This document shows positions 1 to 13,011 of a stretch of 64,000 nucleotides of DNA, piece after piece. This DNA comes from Octopus sinensis (lineage: Eukaryota): contig NC_043000.1 in NCBI RefSeq assembly GCF_006345805.1, positions 90,148,001 through 90,212,000 of the forward strand, in the 5' to 3' direction. Position 1 is the first letter of the stretch; every line of letters starts with the position of its first letter. Under the pieces are notes generated by a model. That model saw only the letters and a program-made list of their open reading frames with translations. It did no database searches and was not told where the DNA came from. Made by a program: the position numbers and the translations under genes.

Positions 1-2639
1 GCAAAAACCACAAGTGATCATATTTAAATTAAAACTTTCCATCATACATTGTATCTAAGGACCTTTTAAGTCATGTTCTAAACACCAGCTCAATATACCA
101 ATAAATGAACAAGTCAAGAAGGCTGCTTGTGTAGCTACAAGTTCACTTCACTAGCTAGAAACAGCAACCAAATCTCCCACTTAAACTATTGTCTTGAAAA
201 AAGAAAAGGGTACACTAGGTCATGTAGTCCTCAGATAACCCTAAAAAAGGAATGGTAATGACTGAAATGCTTTTGATTGAATGCCTACTCAATCCAGCTG
301 ACCTGGGGTTAAAGGACAACAATAACCAGTGAATGGAAAAGTTGTCTGGCTAAATCTCACATTTCCATTATTTTCAAAAACTTGTTAGAAATATCGATCA
401 CAAGAGTTAAACTATCAAATATTTTTAATTTTAACAGAGTTGAGATGAACTTTTTGGTGCCAGTGAACGAAAAGAAGCAACAAAGAGTAAAGAGGACCTG
501 TCAGTCTTGTTGGAGAGGGAAAACAATCCTACCAAGTCAGTGCCATAGTTTCAGATTGTGATGACTTGTCCAACCCATGTCAGTATGGAAATCATTATTG
601 GTTTAACCCTTTAGCAGTCAGATTAATCTTGTAGCTTTGAGATTTTGATGTTGTGACTTTACTTTCAGAAATTTGAAATGATGGATCTGGCCAGTTTGAA
701 TATAAAACAGGAAGAATATCTGGGCTGGATTTGGCCAGTTAAATGTTAAAGGATTAATGACCACTTTTCCATATTCACATGGATCAGACAATTTTTTTGA
801 AATGGATTTTCTACAGCCAAGTGCCCTTCTTGTCATGGACCCTCACCTGTTTCCTGGCATGGTAATATTCCCCATGACAAGACAGCAGGTAATGTCAAGG
901 CAAGGAGACAATGTCACACACTTTCATCTCGCAAACCCTCAAGGTATTCATTGACCCAAGACTATAGGAGACATTCGCCCAATGTGCCATACAGTAAGAC
1001 TGAATCCCAAACCACGTGGTTGGGAAGCAAGGTTCTTACCACACAGCCATGCTTGTGGATGTAAAATGAAGAGGATATTCTTTTCTTCTTTCATGTTACA
1101 TGTAATTAATATTTCTCACATAACTACAAGCCAAAAACTAAGTATTATTCTATTCTCCACACTAACATCAGAAATGAATAAAACTGCATTCAAATCAAAG
1201 TAACAAGATAGTTCTTTCTTGTTGAATTTTATTCTCCAACTTACGTAGAGTATCTACCTACCCTATTGTAAACAAACCTGACTTTTGAATCAACAGGCAT
1301 AATAGTTCAATTAAGGTATGCGAAGAGTACCCATTAAATCACTCCTCTTGAAATAAATGTACAACTGCTAATTGTAGCCATATAGTCCACTTACTCCTTA
1401 TCTTCTTTCCCTGTACAGAGCAACAAATGGCCTCTGATATATCAACCTATCCTCACTCTACCATCACCAATGTTTAACTCTCTTTAAAGAACTTTGGCAA
1501 TGGAAACTAAACATTTCTACAAGGTCCAAGTTTGGTTTTACAATTTAAAGGGAAAAAAAAAATAATGAACCTCAATTCCTTAAGAAACCTTTTAATTGTG
1601 CCAGAAATAGCATTATTTTAACATTCACATTCCATGCTTTGATGGGTAAGATGGAGTTTTTTAAAGTAGATTTTCTATAAATGGATACTCTTGTTGTCAA
1701 CCCTTATCTTTTCCCAAATAAGGTAATATTTCCCCCATGGTCACAGAATCTTGAAAAAGAATGACAATGTTTGTATGACAGTGACATTTATTTACAACTA
1801 TCAACACCATGTCAAGACAAAGAGAGAGAAACAAACACATTTGCCAAAGTGCCATGCAATGTGATTGAATGCAAAACCTATGTGGTTGGGCAGTCATCTT
1901 AACTCTACAGCCAAACCTATGTCCATAATTAATAATGAAAATTGACTTATAAATCCTAAAGATTCATTGCTTTGTTAATTATGCACTGTGAAATAAATGA
2001 GAATATCTCCATCTCAACAGTCAGCCATAGATAACTCCTCAATAAAAGAAATGCCAGCAAAAAGACTCACTCTATAACTAACCCTTGCAGAAACGGGCCA
2101 AAATACAGATAGCATGTTTGACCTAAATCCATGTGTTGGTATGCCAATGCCTCAGTGATTTCAGTTGAATAATAACTAAAAACTAGCCAGCCATACTCTA
2201 TGCCTCTGCTTAGCATATTCTTTGAGTAGGTTTTGAAAGTCTTCAAAAAAAAAATTTTTTAACAAAAAAAAGAAAAAAGATGGAATATTTTGCAATATCA
2301 TCAATGTTTTAACATCCATTTTCCACACTCAAATAGAATTTAATAGATTTTTTTTAATCACATGTCCTTCCTGTTGCCAACACCCACTGTTTCCAAGTAA
2401 GGTAATATTTCACCATCTCATGATGTCAAAACAAGGAGACTACCACACACACACACACACACACACACAGGGGCTTCTTTCAGCCTCTTTCGACAAAATC
2501 CACTCACAAAACTTTAGTAGACCTGAAGCTATTGTAGAAAACACTAGCCCACTCTTTGTGCCACACTGTAGGACTGAATCTAAAACCATGTAGTTGGGAA
2601 GTAAACTATGTACCACACAACCATGTTGATAACTATACT

Positions 2640-3200
2640 TTTAATGTCTTGTCTCGAGACAGCATTCACCCGGGGTGGGTTGAGCTGGCTTCATTCATCC
2701 TCAATGCTGCATCTCTCACAAACACCAACCAGACCTGGCAATTTGAGGCTAACGACCGCGTGATCTCCAACCACTCTTTATTCCAGCAGCGAATACCGCA
2801 GATATGGGGACCTAGGTTGGGTTCCAGATCAGCCTTGACTGTCATCAGCCAGGTTTTTCGTTGTCCACCTGAAGGGGAACTGGGACAATTGCTTCGTAGA
2901 TGAATTCTGGTTGATGACGGAAGGAGGTGATTTTGCACTGGTGTCGCACCGAATTGTTGGAGACAAAGTAATGCCATCGGATATGAAGGATGTGGCGTAG
3001 ACAGGTAATCGAAGGATTCTAGTTGTTTAATATCTTCCACCCTCATTGGCCATGACTCGCTGCCATAAAGGAGAATCGTTTGCACTAGTGCTTGACCAAA
3101 GCTGTGCATTGAAGTCAGTTGGTGAGCGAAGTCGATTCATATACATCGCACCTTCTTCAACGAATTTTAATGTCTACCCTTCCACAATGCAAAATCACCT
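2640..3200 (-). mobile_element. RTE-clade LINE 3' fragment (degenerate)
   Basis: LLYGSESWPMRVEDIKQLESFD and GGQRKTWLMTVKADL...WLVFVRDA motifs typical of the RTE reverse-transcriptase C-terminus; frameshifted. Confidence 0.8.
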
Positions 3201-5946
3201 AAGAGTGCTTTACAAATTTAAAGTCATTTCATATACCAGAAGATGTACTGTTGGAATATAGGTTCGATACTAAATTCATTTGAAGTCCCCATTATCACAC
3301 GGAACATGTTGCTTGGCAGTATGTACCCAACAAATCAAAAGTTTCAAGTTCATATTTCACTGGCTTTGTTTACAGTAGTGTCTTGAGAAAAGGCATGATC
3401 CCAACTTTTCATTCTTTGCAAATTATAATTCTAACATTTTTTGCCTAATTTATACAAAAGAAATAATAAAAAATGAGGATATGAGGTTTCTGGAAGTATT
3501 GTTGAAATCACTCTCTTCAAAGACCCCAAATTCCTTTAGAGAATTTCAAGAGAAGAAAATGCTTAGTTAGGAGCATAAACAGTTAAAAACACACATTAAA
3601 CCCTTCATGAAAAACTTTTGATGTATCTCATATCACTAGTTGCAGGTGTGACAGTATGGTTAAAAAGCATACTTCCCAATGATGCAACCTTGGGCTCACT
3701 TAGGCAATTCTACCGTAGTCAAGAACTGGCCAAAGCTGTGTGATTGGATTCAGTAGACAGTAATTGGAAGAAACTAATTTTGTTCCTAGACTTCTATGAA
3801 AAACCTGTCTGGCCATGGGAAAATACAAACCATGTTTGGAAACATGGGTTGGTAAGCGGAAGAGCATCTGGCCTTAGAAAATTTGCTTCAACAAATTTTG
3901 TCTGACCCATACAAGCATGGAAAAATGGGTGTTCAATAATATTTTAATAAGGCACACTTAAAATCTTTAATTAACATACATCATTTGCTTGTGTTTTGTA
4001 GTTTCTTGTGCGTTCTGTCAACAAAAATTGCCATCTTATATTGTTTCCAGTTTTTATATAGGAATGAGTTAGTTTTTTGATAATAGATATTTTGATAACT
4101 TGCAAGAAATTCTCAAACTATAAGATATTAACTTTTTCAAATGACATTCCTGTGCAAACCATGTCTAATTTTTATGAGTGGTAGTTAAAACCAACTTCAT
4201 AAAAGGTAACAAGTTATCTCTACCACCCTTTCTTTCTTTCTTGTTGAGGTAACCATGTATCTTGACACCAAGACACCTATTCCTGTCCTTAATACTTTAG
4301 CCTCCCAACTCCTGTCACAAAGCCAGGTCCCTCAATACTGCACCTCCACTTTGGCAAAGAGTCTTGTATATTACTTTATAACCTCACTAGTGCTGGTGTT
4401 ATAAAAACAAAAAAAAAGCAACCTATAGCACTTAGTCAGCATTAGGAAAGAAATCCAGCTGTAGGAAGCATGCCAAAGCAGGTAGAATATTTGGAACTAA
4501 TAAAGGCCAGTTTAAATGCTAAAGGGTTAAGAACCAGTCCACTAGGTGGGTCCTTATAATTAAACCATACCCAGCATAACCACAATCTAATAACTGAAAC
4601 CAGTAAAATGATACATAAGCCCTGACATCACATGGTAGTTGTAAATGAGTGTCACTATAATGCAAGCACTATATGTGAAAACATGTTTGGACATGGTGAA
4701 ATATTTATGTTGGAAACAGGTGAGGATTGGCAACAGGAAGGGCACCCAGCCACAGAAAATTTGCTTCAGTACATTCCAACCTATGCAAGTAGATGTTAAA
4801 ATGATAAAATTAGACTAGATTGAACCCACAGACATTTATTTTGCACAAGATTCAAACAGTCAACTGCTACTCTTTTGTGGTTGAGTAAAGCCACATTGAT
4901 TATAATGACCCCAATGCTTATAACCTTTGGGAGATGAAAGGCAATTCAGAAACATAGAAGCATCCATGTAACAAAAGCCATTTTCACCTATGCTCAACCA
5001 ATTCTATCAGAACTACTTTGATGTAAAAAAAAACAAAACAATTATCAAACTTCTTTCATTATGTGTCTAGAGATACTTCCAATTTGCTTACAATTCAAAC
5101 AATATTTAAGTTGTCTAGATGACTAAATTCAAATATCATTTACAGTAAAATTGTAGTTTAATAAGCTGAAAGAGCTCATACCAATAAAATGCACAGGCAA
5201 TTTCGACTGAAATACTGATTTACCCAAGCTACTCTAGCAACACCACTGTTTGTTGTATTCACCTACAAAGCATTGAGTCTCTACTGCTTTCTTCAGGATA
5301 CAAGCACCTCAATGTCGGCAATGTTTGAGACTTCTTTTAAGTTCTCTATAGTATATTTCAAACTGATCTGAGCAGTTAGAGTTCTGAAATGCCTTAAAGG
5401 GAAAAAGTAAACATGCTTTCTTCATCATCATGTAATGTCCAGTTTTCCATGCTTGAATGGGTCAGACAATGTGTTGAGGCAGATTTTCTACAGCTGGTTT
5501 GGTCTTCCTATTGCCAAACCTCACCTCTTTCCTTGCAAGGTCATGATTTCCACAAAAGACTGGAAATGAAGATTGCTTGTATCATAATGATATTCATTTA
5601 CAGCCATCACACAAGACAAGGATGCACACATACACACATATACATGAACTTCGTTTCCATCTACCAAATCTTTGGTCAGCCTGGGCTATAGTAAAAGACA
5701 CTTGTCCAAGGTGCCAATCAACAAGATTGAACCTGAAACCATATGGTTGGGAAGCAAGCTTCTTAACCATGCAGCCACACCTGCCTCTTGATGTTGCTAC
5801 TATTACTACTCCTACTACTAAAATGTTTTACTGAAATTAAGTATTCCTTAGCATCTCCATGCAAACTTAAGCCTCTCAGAAGATAAACTGGTCTTTTGGG
5901 AAATGGTTTTTCACTGGACCAATGACATTCATTTAACAACCAACTG

Positions 5947-7171
5947 TTGGGTTGTCCGGAAAGTTCATGCCAATTTATAGTAGCTTACCTTTCGACTTAT
6001 TTTAGAACATGGTTGAGTCCATAAAATAGGATTTGACTACACCTCCATTTAGAGCACAGTTTAAGTTATCTTTTCATGGAAGAAGGTCTATGTTCCTATA
6101 ACCTGTGTTAATTCTGTAGCCCTTTAAAATGGAAGATAAAGTTCATTTTCGGCACTTGATGCTTTTCTTTTTCCTTAAAGGGAAAAATGCCTCACAAGCA
6201 ACGAAAGAAATATGTGCAGTTTACGGTGATGTTTCTTTATCCGAAAGAACTGTACAGAAGTGGTTCGCAAGATTCCGAGTTGGAGATTGTAGCCTTATTG
6301 ATAAAGAGCGATCAGGCAGACCATCCACTACAGATGATGACCAAATCAGGTCGCACAACCCGAGAATTGGCAGAAAACCTCAACCTTTCAAAATCCGTCG
6401 CTCATGAGCACCTGGTAAACCTTGGGTACACAAATCGCTATGATGTTTGGGTACAACATGAGTTGAGTGAGAAGAACCTTTTGGATCGCATTTCCATCTG
6501 TGATTTACTTCAATGAAAACGCGCCTTTTTTAAAGCAAATTGTGACAGGTGATGAGAAATGTATTATCTACTGAAAATTTCAGAGAAAGCAATCCTGGAG
6601 TAAGCAACATGAGCCATCCATAGCCACCCCAAAAGCGGGTCTTCAACCTAAAACAGTCTTGTTTTGTGTCTGGTGTGATTGGAAAGGAATTCTGTACTAT
6701 GAGCTTTTCCCAAGTAACCAGACAATTCTGAGAAATACTGCACACAACTGGACGAGTTAAAAGCAGCAATTCAAGAGAAACGTCCAGAATTGGCCAACAG
6801 GAAGGGTGTTGTTTTCCAACATGATAATGCAAGACCAGGCAAAAATTGCTGCAGCTCGGCTGGGATGATACCCCACCCTCCATTTTCACCAGATATTGCT
6901 CCTTCAGATTTCCACTTATTCAGGTCTCTGCAGGACAGTCTTAATGGTAAAAATTTCAATTCCTTGGATGACGTAAAAAGATACCTTGATGAATTCATTG
7001 CCACGAAACCACCTCAATTCTGGGAAGAGGGTATTTTCAAGTTAAAGGAAAAATGGAGACGCCTTGTGCAACTAAATGGTTCACATTTGGTTGATTAAAA
7101 ATGTAATGGCAAGTATTTATTGACCTTTTTCTTTCCTTTAAAAATCGGTACGAACCTTCCGGACAACCCAA
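5947..7171 (+). mobile_element. Full-length mariner transposon (Hsmar1/cecropia-like) with pseudogenised D,D34D transposase (6129-7098)
   Basis: TIRs TTGGGTTGTCCGGAAAGTTC / GAACCTTCCGGACAACCCAA; TA on the right, TG on the left. Motifs WVQHEL, TGDEK, HDNARP, SPDIAPSDFHLF are split over several frames. Confidence 0.95.
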
Positions 7172-10100
7172 TATTTACCTTGGAAAACACATACCAAGCA
7201 TTATTACTGGAATGTACTGGCATTGGTATTTAATTTCAGCATCAATCATTTTAAATATATCAAATAAATTGCTGTTAGAGGTATAAAAATAAGAATACAT
7301 ACAAATGTGTTACAATAGTAAATAACAAGGAATGGTTGTTACGAAAATTATTCTAGAGCGAGACGTTCACTCCCTTTTTTTTGTTGTTTCGTGTTATTTT
7401 TAGCCAATGAGTGAAGATTGCACACCACCTAACAACCAAAACATTAATAAACTGGATGGAGCTGGAAGCAGTCCAAAGATCATATCATGAAAGTCAATAC
7501 TTTCTCCCTCTATTTACATTATTTTGATACAAGACACATGGAAAACAAAATCCTCCCTAAGGCCTCGGGGGGGGGGATACTAAGTTTCTCAAACCCAAAG
7601 GGGCTGTCGAAATAATTCGTGTTCAATACTTCTTGTCGGAGGAAAACATGAGGTTTAGAGAAACAGGATTAAGTAAAATTAGAAGTGTTTAAAATATTAT
7701 AAACGAATCATATCACTTGTAACAAGAAATTAAAATTCGGGGACCTTTTCTGAGGGGTATAAAACCTAATGACATTCCCAAAATCTAATGTAATCAGTTG
7801 TTTACACTTTATTGAGTAGGGGTTCTTGGAAAAAGAATGCAAGCGCACACTATAGAAAGTTCGGTATATCCAATCGGTTACGTCCATATGGTAGATAATG
7901 ACCTCTGACCAACGCTAAACGAAATAATTCTTTCGGTCTGATCGCCAACACCCAGCTAACCCATCAAAGATGGATGGCACCGTTATGGCAGGAAGGTTGG
8001 CATCGCCGCCGACAACTTACACGAGGGTATATATATGTGTGTATGCACTGTCGAAATATCACTCTCTTTAACAACACTCTTATCTATTGAAAGCCTACAA
8101 GAGTTTCAAATACTATCGATATATTTAAGTTCTATAAAAATCCAGAGAGGATAAATAAAATATATCATAACCACAAATATTAAGACTTTCAAAAAAACAA
8201 TCACTTATATTCCAATTTTATTATTATCCTATATAGTAATTACAGTTAATTTATATGTGCTAAGTTAAATCGACGGTACATACCGACAGCGATCTTAAAA
8301 CTGAAGTCCAAACCTCCAGATCAATTTTCATTTCGAAGACAGAAAAATGAAACGTTATGGATAACAAATCAATTTATCCATCTTCTCGCTAATACTGAAA
8401 ATTTATTTGCATATATTTAAATTATTATTTCATTTAATGCTGTAAATTTGAAAGAATCCTTCACGACTATATAATGAAACTAATGAGTTTCATTTTCTTT
8501 TTTTTTTTCGTCGTAGAAAAAAAAAATTTCTAAGACACCAGTTTTGTAACACATAATGGGTATTTCTCCTTGGCTATTAGAAATATATGTAAAACGTCAA
8601 AAAAAGAAAAGAAAACTAATCGATGAAAGGTTGAGAAAGAATTTCAACTAGGGTTTTGTACCATGTGGCAAAAAGAAATGGCCGCCACCATTTGTGTAAT
8701 GAAATATGTCAGTTGCAGTTACTACATTTCATTAATAAACTGACCGTTCATTATTGATCTAATATAGATCATGATAACAGCACTAAGTAGGATAATGTAA
8801 TAAATGTGGCGAAGGCTGTTTCCTCTAGACAACCTTGAACCTTGCCTCCACGTGTAAGATCGAACAATATTTACAATTGACACACTAACTACAAGAAACC
8901 AACGATATTTTATAGTTGTGAAAAAGAGACCAGAGTTACGAGTTCTAAAAAGATAAACATGGAGCAGCTAACCCCCATTAAAATCACGTCACAACAAAAA
9001 AAAAAACGGGGGGAAGGTCACATTCGATCAGACAGGAATAGATATAACGAAGGACAGGATGGCTATGGCTGGAACGCTTTTCGTCAAAGCTAGGTTGTCT
9101 TATCGAGCAGGATTGACATGGAGCAATATGGATAACTTTTAGGTGGGCCAAGGTTTAAAGTGAAAATCGAGAAACGAAATTTCTGAAACTCCGTTCACTC
9201 GCGACTGAACACACGCAAAATACGAAACAAACTATATTAGTCCTATACCCATTCACTTCTAGTGTGTGTGTGTGTGTATATATATATGAATAAGTATGAA
9301 ATAGAATATGCACTAACACTGTAGATCATAACAGTAAAAGAGGAGGGGGTATGATTAAATTCCAAAAATAAAAACCAGTGGCAGTAACGAAACGAAACGA
9401 AACGAAAGAAGCAATGTCGAAAATAGTTAAATTGTTAAAAAAGTAAAACACCAAATCAATTACATAAACCCCAGTATAAACTCGTTCATCTCAATATATA
9501 TATATAACAAAGAACACTATTGCTGGTTACATTCTATATATTATATAACTGATTTCTAAAGACAAGGCCTCAAATTATGAGAAGGGAGGTCCTTTCGACG
9601 AATCAATCTAGACAGAACTATTTTTATTTGCCAACACAGACCGCCACTACTTCCCTCATATTTAACTACTGCTTCGTTTTGTGTGTGTGTATAAAAAATT
9701 GTTGGTGAGCTAAACTTATTTCGATCCGAGGTCACCAAGATCTACTGTGACCGAAGCAGTGCTGTTGAAATAATTTAACGAGTACTTTATCTTGTATATG
9801 TGAAAGAAACAAACACAAGAACATTATACATACAAATATATCACACACGCAAATTAGAGCAAGAAGAGGAGGGGTAGAACGAGATTTCAAGTGGTACTTT
9901 ATATTATCGAACCCGGAAGAACGGAAGGAAAAAAATCGATCCCTGCGGGAATTGAACTCAGAACGTCAAGACATCTAAACATATAGCAAACCATTGGTGT
10001 AGGGGAATGCTCTACAGGTTTGCTCGTTCTGCTAGAAAAAGCAATCAATTCTTCCTCAAACTAACTCCTACCGTCTAAGCAAAAGGACACATTGTATAAT

Positions 10101-11821
10101 GTAGTACTACAAATACTCTCCGAAAAAAAAAATGTGGAGTGGTCACGGCTAGACAGCTTTTTAACAGTTGTGTCAATCAGGGAACATGATGTGGGGCTAA
10201 ATAAGGAATGTCTCACTAGGCTAGGCTACGCCCTTTTATATTAGTAGTCTTGGCGGGATTTGAAATCATAATGCAATGACATGCAGAATATAACTTCAAA
10301 TAATAGGACATGGGAACTTTAAAATAAATAATTAAAAAATGGAGGGGAAGTGGATAGAAAAATAGTCAAAATTTGTATATCTCGACTCCGTAAATAGTTT
10401 ACTGAGTTTTTTTTTTATTATTTCGTTTGGCTTTTTTTTTACAGACGTTTCGGTGGATTATTCTAGAGAAATTATATTTCGATTATACCAGTTCCTTGCT
10501 AATATATGTCTATATTAAAAAAATATTACGCATTTACTTTCCATGCGGCAACCAACCTATTTTCAATTTAGTGTGTGTGTGTGTGTATGAACAAATATAA
10601 ATTAGTAAAAAGATATGGCACACATATCCCAAACTTTTCCAGCTGTTTGAAACAAAAATTATCTTGAGTAAAACTTGGAGGGAGAACAAAAGTGAATATA
10701 TCAGAGTAATTTAGAATAACCGATGTAGAGAGGGGAAAAAAACAGGAATAAGAAATGAATAAGAAAACAATCCGTCTCTTATAGATTGATATCTTATTTT
10801 ACAGGGCACGAAAATGTCTGTTGTAATGTTGAAAGCTTTCGCCATGTACAACACTCGTCAACGAAGAAGGCCTATATGTGGTTGCTAGAAATAACAGCTA
10901 AATATCCTTCTAGTAATATACAGTCTTTAAAAAAATACTTTGAATAAAGTAATCATATAAAATATATCGCAATAAAAGCTGAGAGGGTCACGATTGGAAA
11001 ATTCTTTGAACACAGGTCGGTCTACTTACTGGATAAGAGGGGCTAAAGCAACTAAATTTTCTATTAATTCAAAACCAAATAGAAAAAAATTGAAGTCTTT
11101 TCAATATATTTAAAATAGTCTACCATTACATATTAATAGCTTATATACTTAATTCTTACGCAAACCCACCACACAACCCATTACTATATATATAAAGTTT
11201 ATACAAAACCCGGGATTGCAATAAATTATTTCACAGGGATTGAGGTACATGTGCACCTCGAGCCGCATCTGTGTGTGTGTGTGTATATATATATGTGTGT
11301 GTGTGTGTGTTCTCCTTGAGAACTAAAGATAAATTAGATTAGGTTTATATCGGGTTCATGATTATTTTTAATATTTTATAAACTAGTCCAAAAGTTCAGA
11401 ACAGGGTAAGGAAACCGCATGAGAAAAAAAAACATACATACACGTGTGCATACGTATATTTAGATGTATAAATACGCACACAAATATGTATATCTATGTA
11501 CCTATATTCACGTGTATATCTATACATACATGCATGCATGTACATACACGTGTGCACATCTGTTAAGATGTATAAACTATGTATATAATGCCTTGTATAT
11601 ATATATATACGTGCGCGTAAATTATCATCTCCCATAGACAAGCATGTGAGTGTATATATTACATACACGCACTCAACGGATTGTACACCATATAATATTT
11701 AGAGCTTGATGCAAGAAGCTTTCAAAAAAATTATAAAATAAAAAGAAACCATGTGTTAGATGTTGGTATATTTCTTAGCCAATGTCCTGACCATGGCGCT
11801 CACGTATACACACACACACAC

Positions 11822-11871
<50 letters not shown>

Positions 11872-11957
11872 CTCACATACATACACACTCACATAGACAA
11901 ATATAAAGGGCAGAGCAAGGAAAAGAGACATTGTTGAGACAGTAAATTAGAAATAAC

Positions 11958-12140
11958 CTGGCTCTGGCTGTGTCCTCCATCCAATTGTGAAGCCTGCGTC
12001 TGGGATTGAGTCTGAGAGGGCAGCGTGAAGTCTGTAAAGTAAAAGTCTGATCCTTGTGTGTCGGCACCCAAATGATCGGTTTCTTCAGTGTCTAAGAAGG
12101 AAAGGGTTTGAGAATTTGGGCCGTACGTGTCAACACTCAT
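11958..12140 (-). CDS. UPF1: Regulator of nonsense transcripts 1 (UPF1), first coding exon (61 codons); rest of gene lies beyond the left window edge
   Basis: Translates [61 protein letters not shown], closely matching the conserved UPF1 N-terminus (human [45 protein letters not shown]). Ends at CAG|GTTATT donor, phase 0; the donor position is less certain than the identity. Confidence 0.93.
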
Positions 12141-13011
12141 GGCGACTTAATTGCAGGAAGAGAATAACAAAAAAAAAAAAAAGAAAATTCTTCGCAGATT
12201 TTTGAAAACTGTACTTTTCTTGCGTGTCTTTTCTTCTTATTCTCGGGTTCGAGCATAACCCATCACACAGAAAATATAAGCGCAGAAGGAAGAGAAATTA
12301 TATTGAAATATTGAAAGGTTGCTTGAAAATACATGGCGTATTTCATAAATATGCCTGTTCAAGTATCATATAAGCATGAAACTATTACTGGCAATTTCAG
12401 TTGAGTATTAAACTGATATATATGTGTGCGTGTGTGTACTGAATCTGGTCAGGTTTGTCTTCTTTTCTTATCTTATCTTGGAGCAGTTAATATTTAGCTT
12501 CACAGAAATACATTTGTGTGTGTGAATGTATATGTGTGTGTGTATATATATATATATACATATATCTATAGCTGGATATGCACACACACAGAGGCACAAA
12601 TGTGTGTGGCTATATCTATGGATGTGTGTATTGTATGTGGTTAGCGATTTTTCCAATTTGTTTTTCTTCTTCTTCTTGTGTATATATGAGAGTGTGCTGT
12701 AGCAAATTTTGGTTATCTTGGAGCAGTTAAATATATTGTTTTGTTTGTTTTTGAATTCAGTGGCGTTCCGCAGAGGCACAACCCTTTCCACAGCTGAATG
12801 TTGACGTCATAATACTCATCAATCGGTGACGTCGTCGAAACATGTGCGCATACAGTGATGACGTAGACACCGTCTAACATTCACCTCGAGCCACCGAGTC
12901 TCTTTAGAAGAAAGTTGTTTGTTTGCGTGTATGTATGTTTTTCCTTCTACTTCACATATCTTCCACATTCAGCTGAAGCAACGAGACAGCTAAACTCGAT
13001 CTTATCTGATG
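12141..13011. promoter_or_regulatory. Putative bidirectional promoter and 5' UTRs shared by UPF1 (-) and GLD-2 (+)
   Basis: Lies between the UPF1 ATG (12140) and a strong plus-strand donor ATG|GTAAGT (13011/13012). CpG-containing, with a full CRE TGACGTCA (12802-12809), CRE variants TGACGTCG (12827-12834) and TGACGTAG (12859-12866), and an NRF1-like TGCGCAT (12845-12851). Confidence 0.7.
12870..13011 (+). other. TENT2: Putative first (5' UTR) exon of GLD-2; start approximate
   Basis: Consensus donor G|GTAAGT at 13011/13012 just downstream of the CRE cluster. The first coding exon is preceded by a pyrimidine tract and CAG acceptor (20172-20174), implying an upstream exon. TSS not determinable from sequence. 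Confidence 0.55.

Noticed and set aside
5130-5265. Possible UPF1 exon 2 on minus strand (tag|VNTTNSGVAR...)
   Set aside because: Acceptor-like site but no match to the expected L.FEE...KDLP.HAC.YCGIH sequence. No convincing second UPF1 exon was found in 1-11957.
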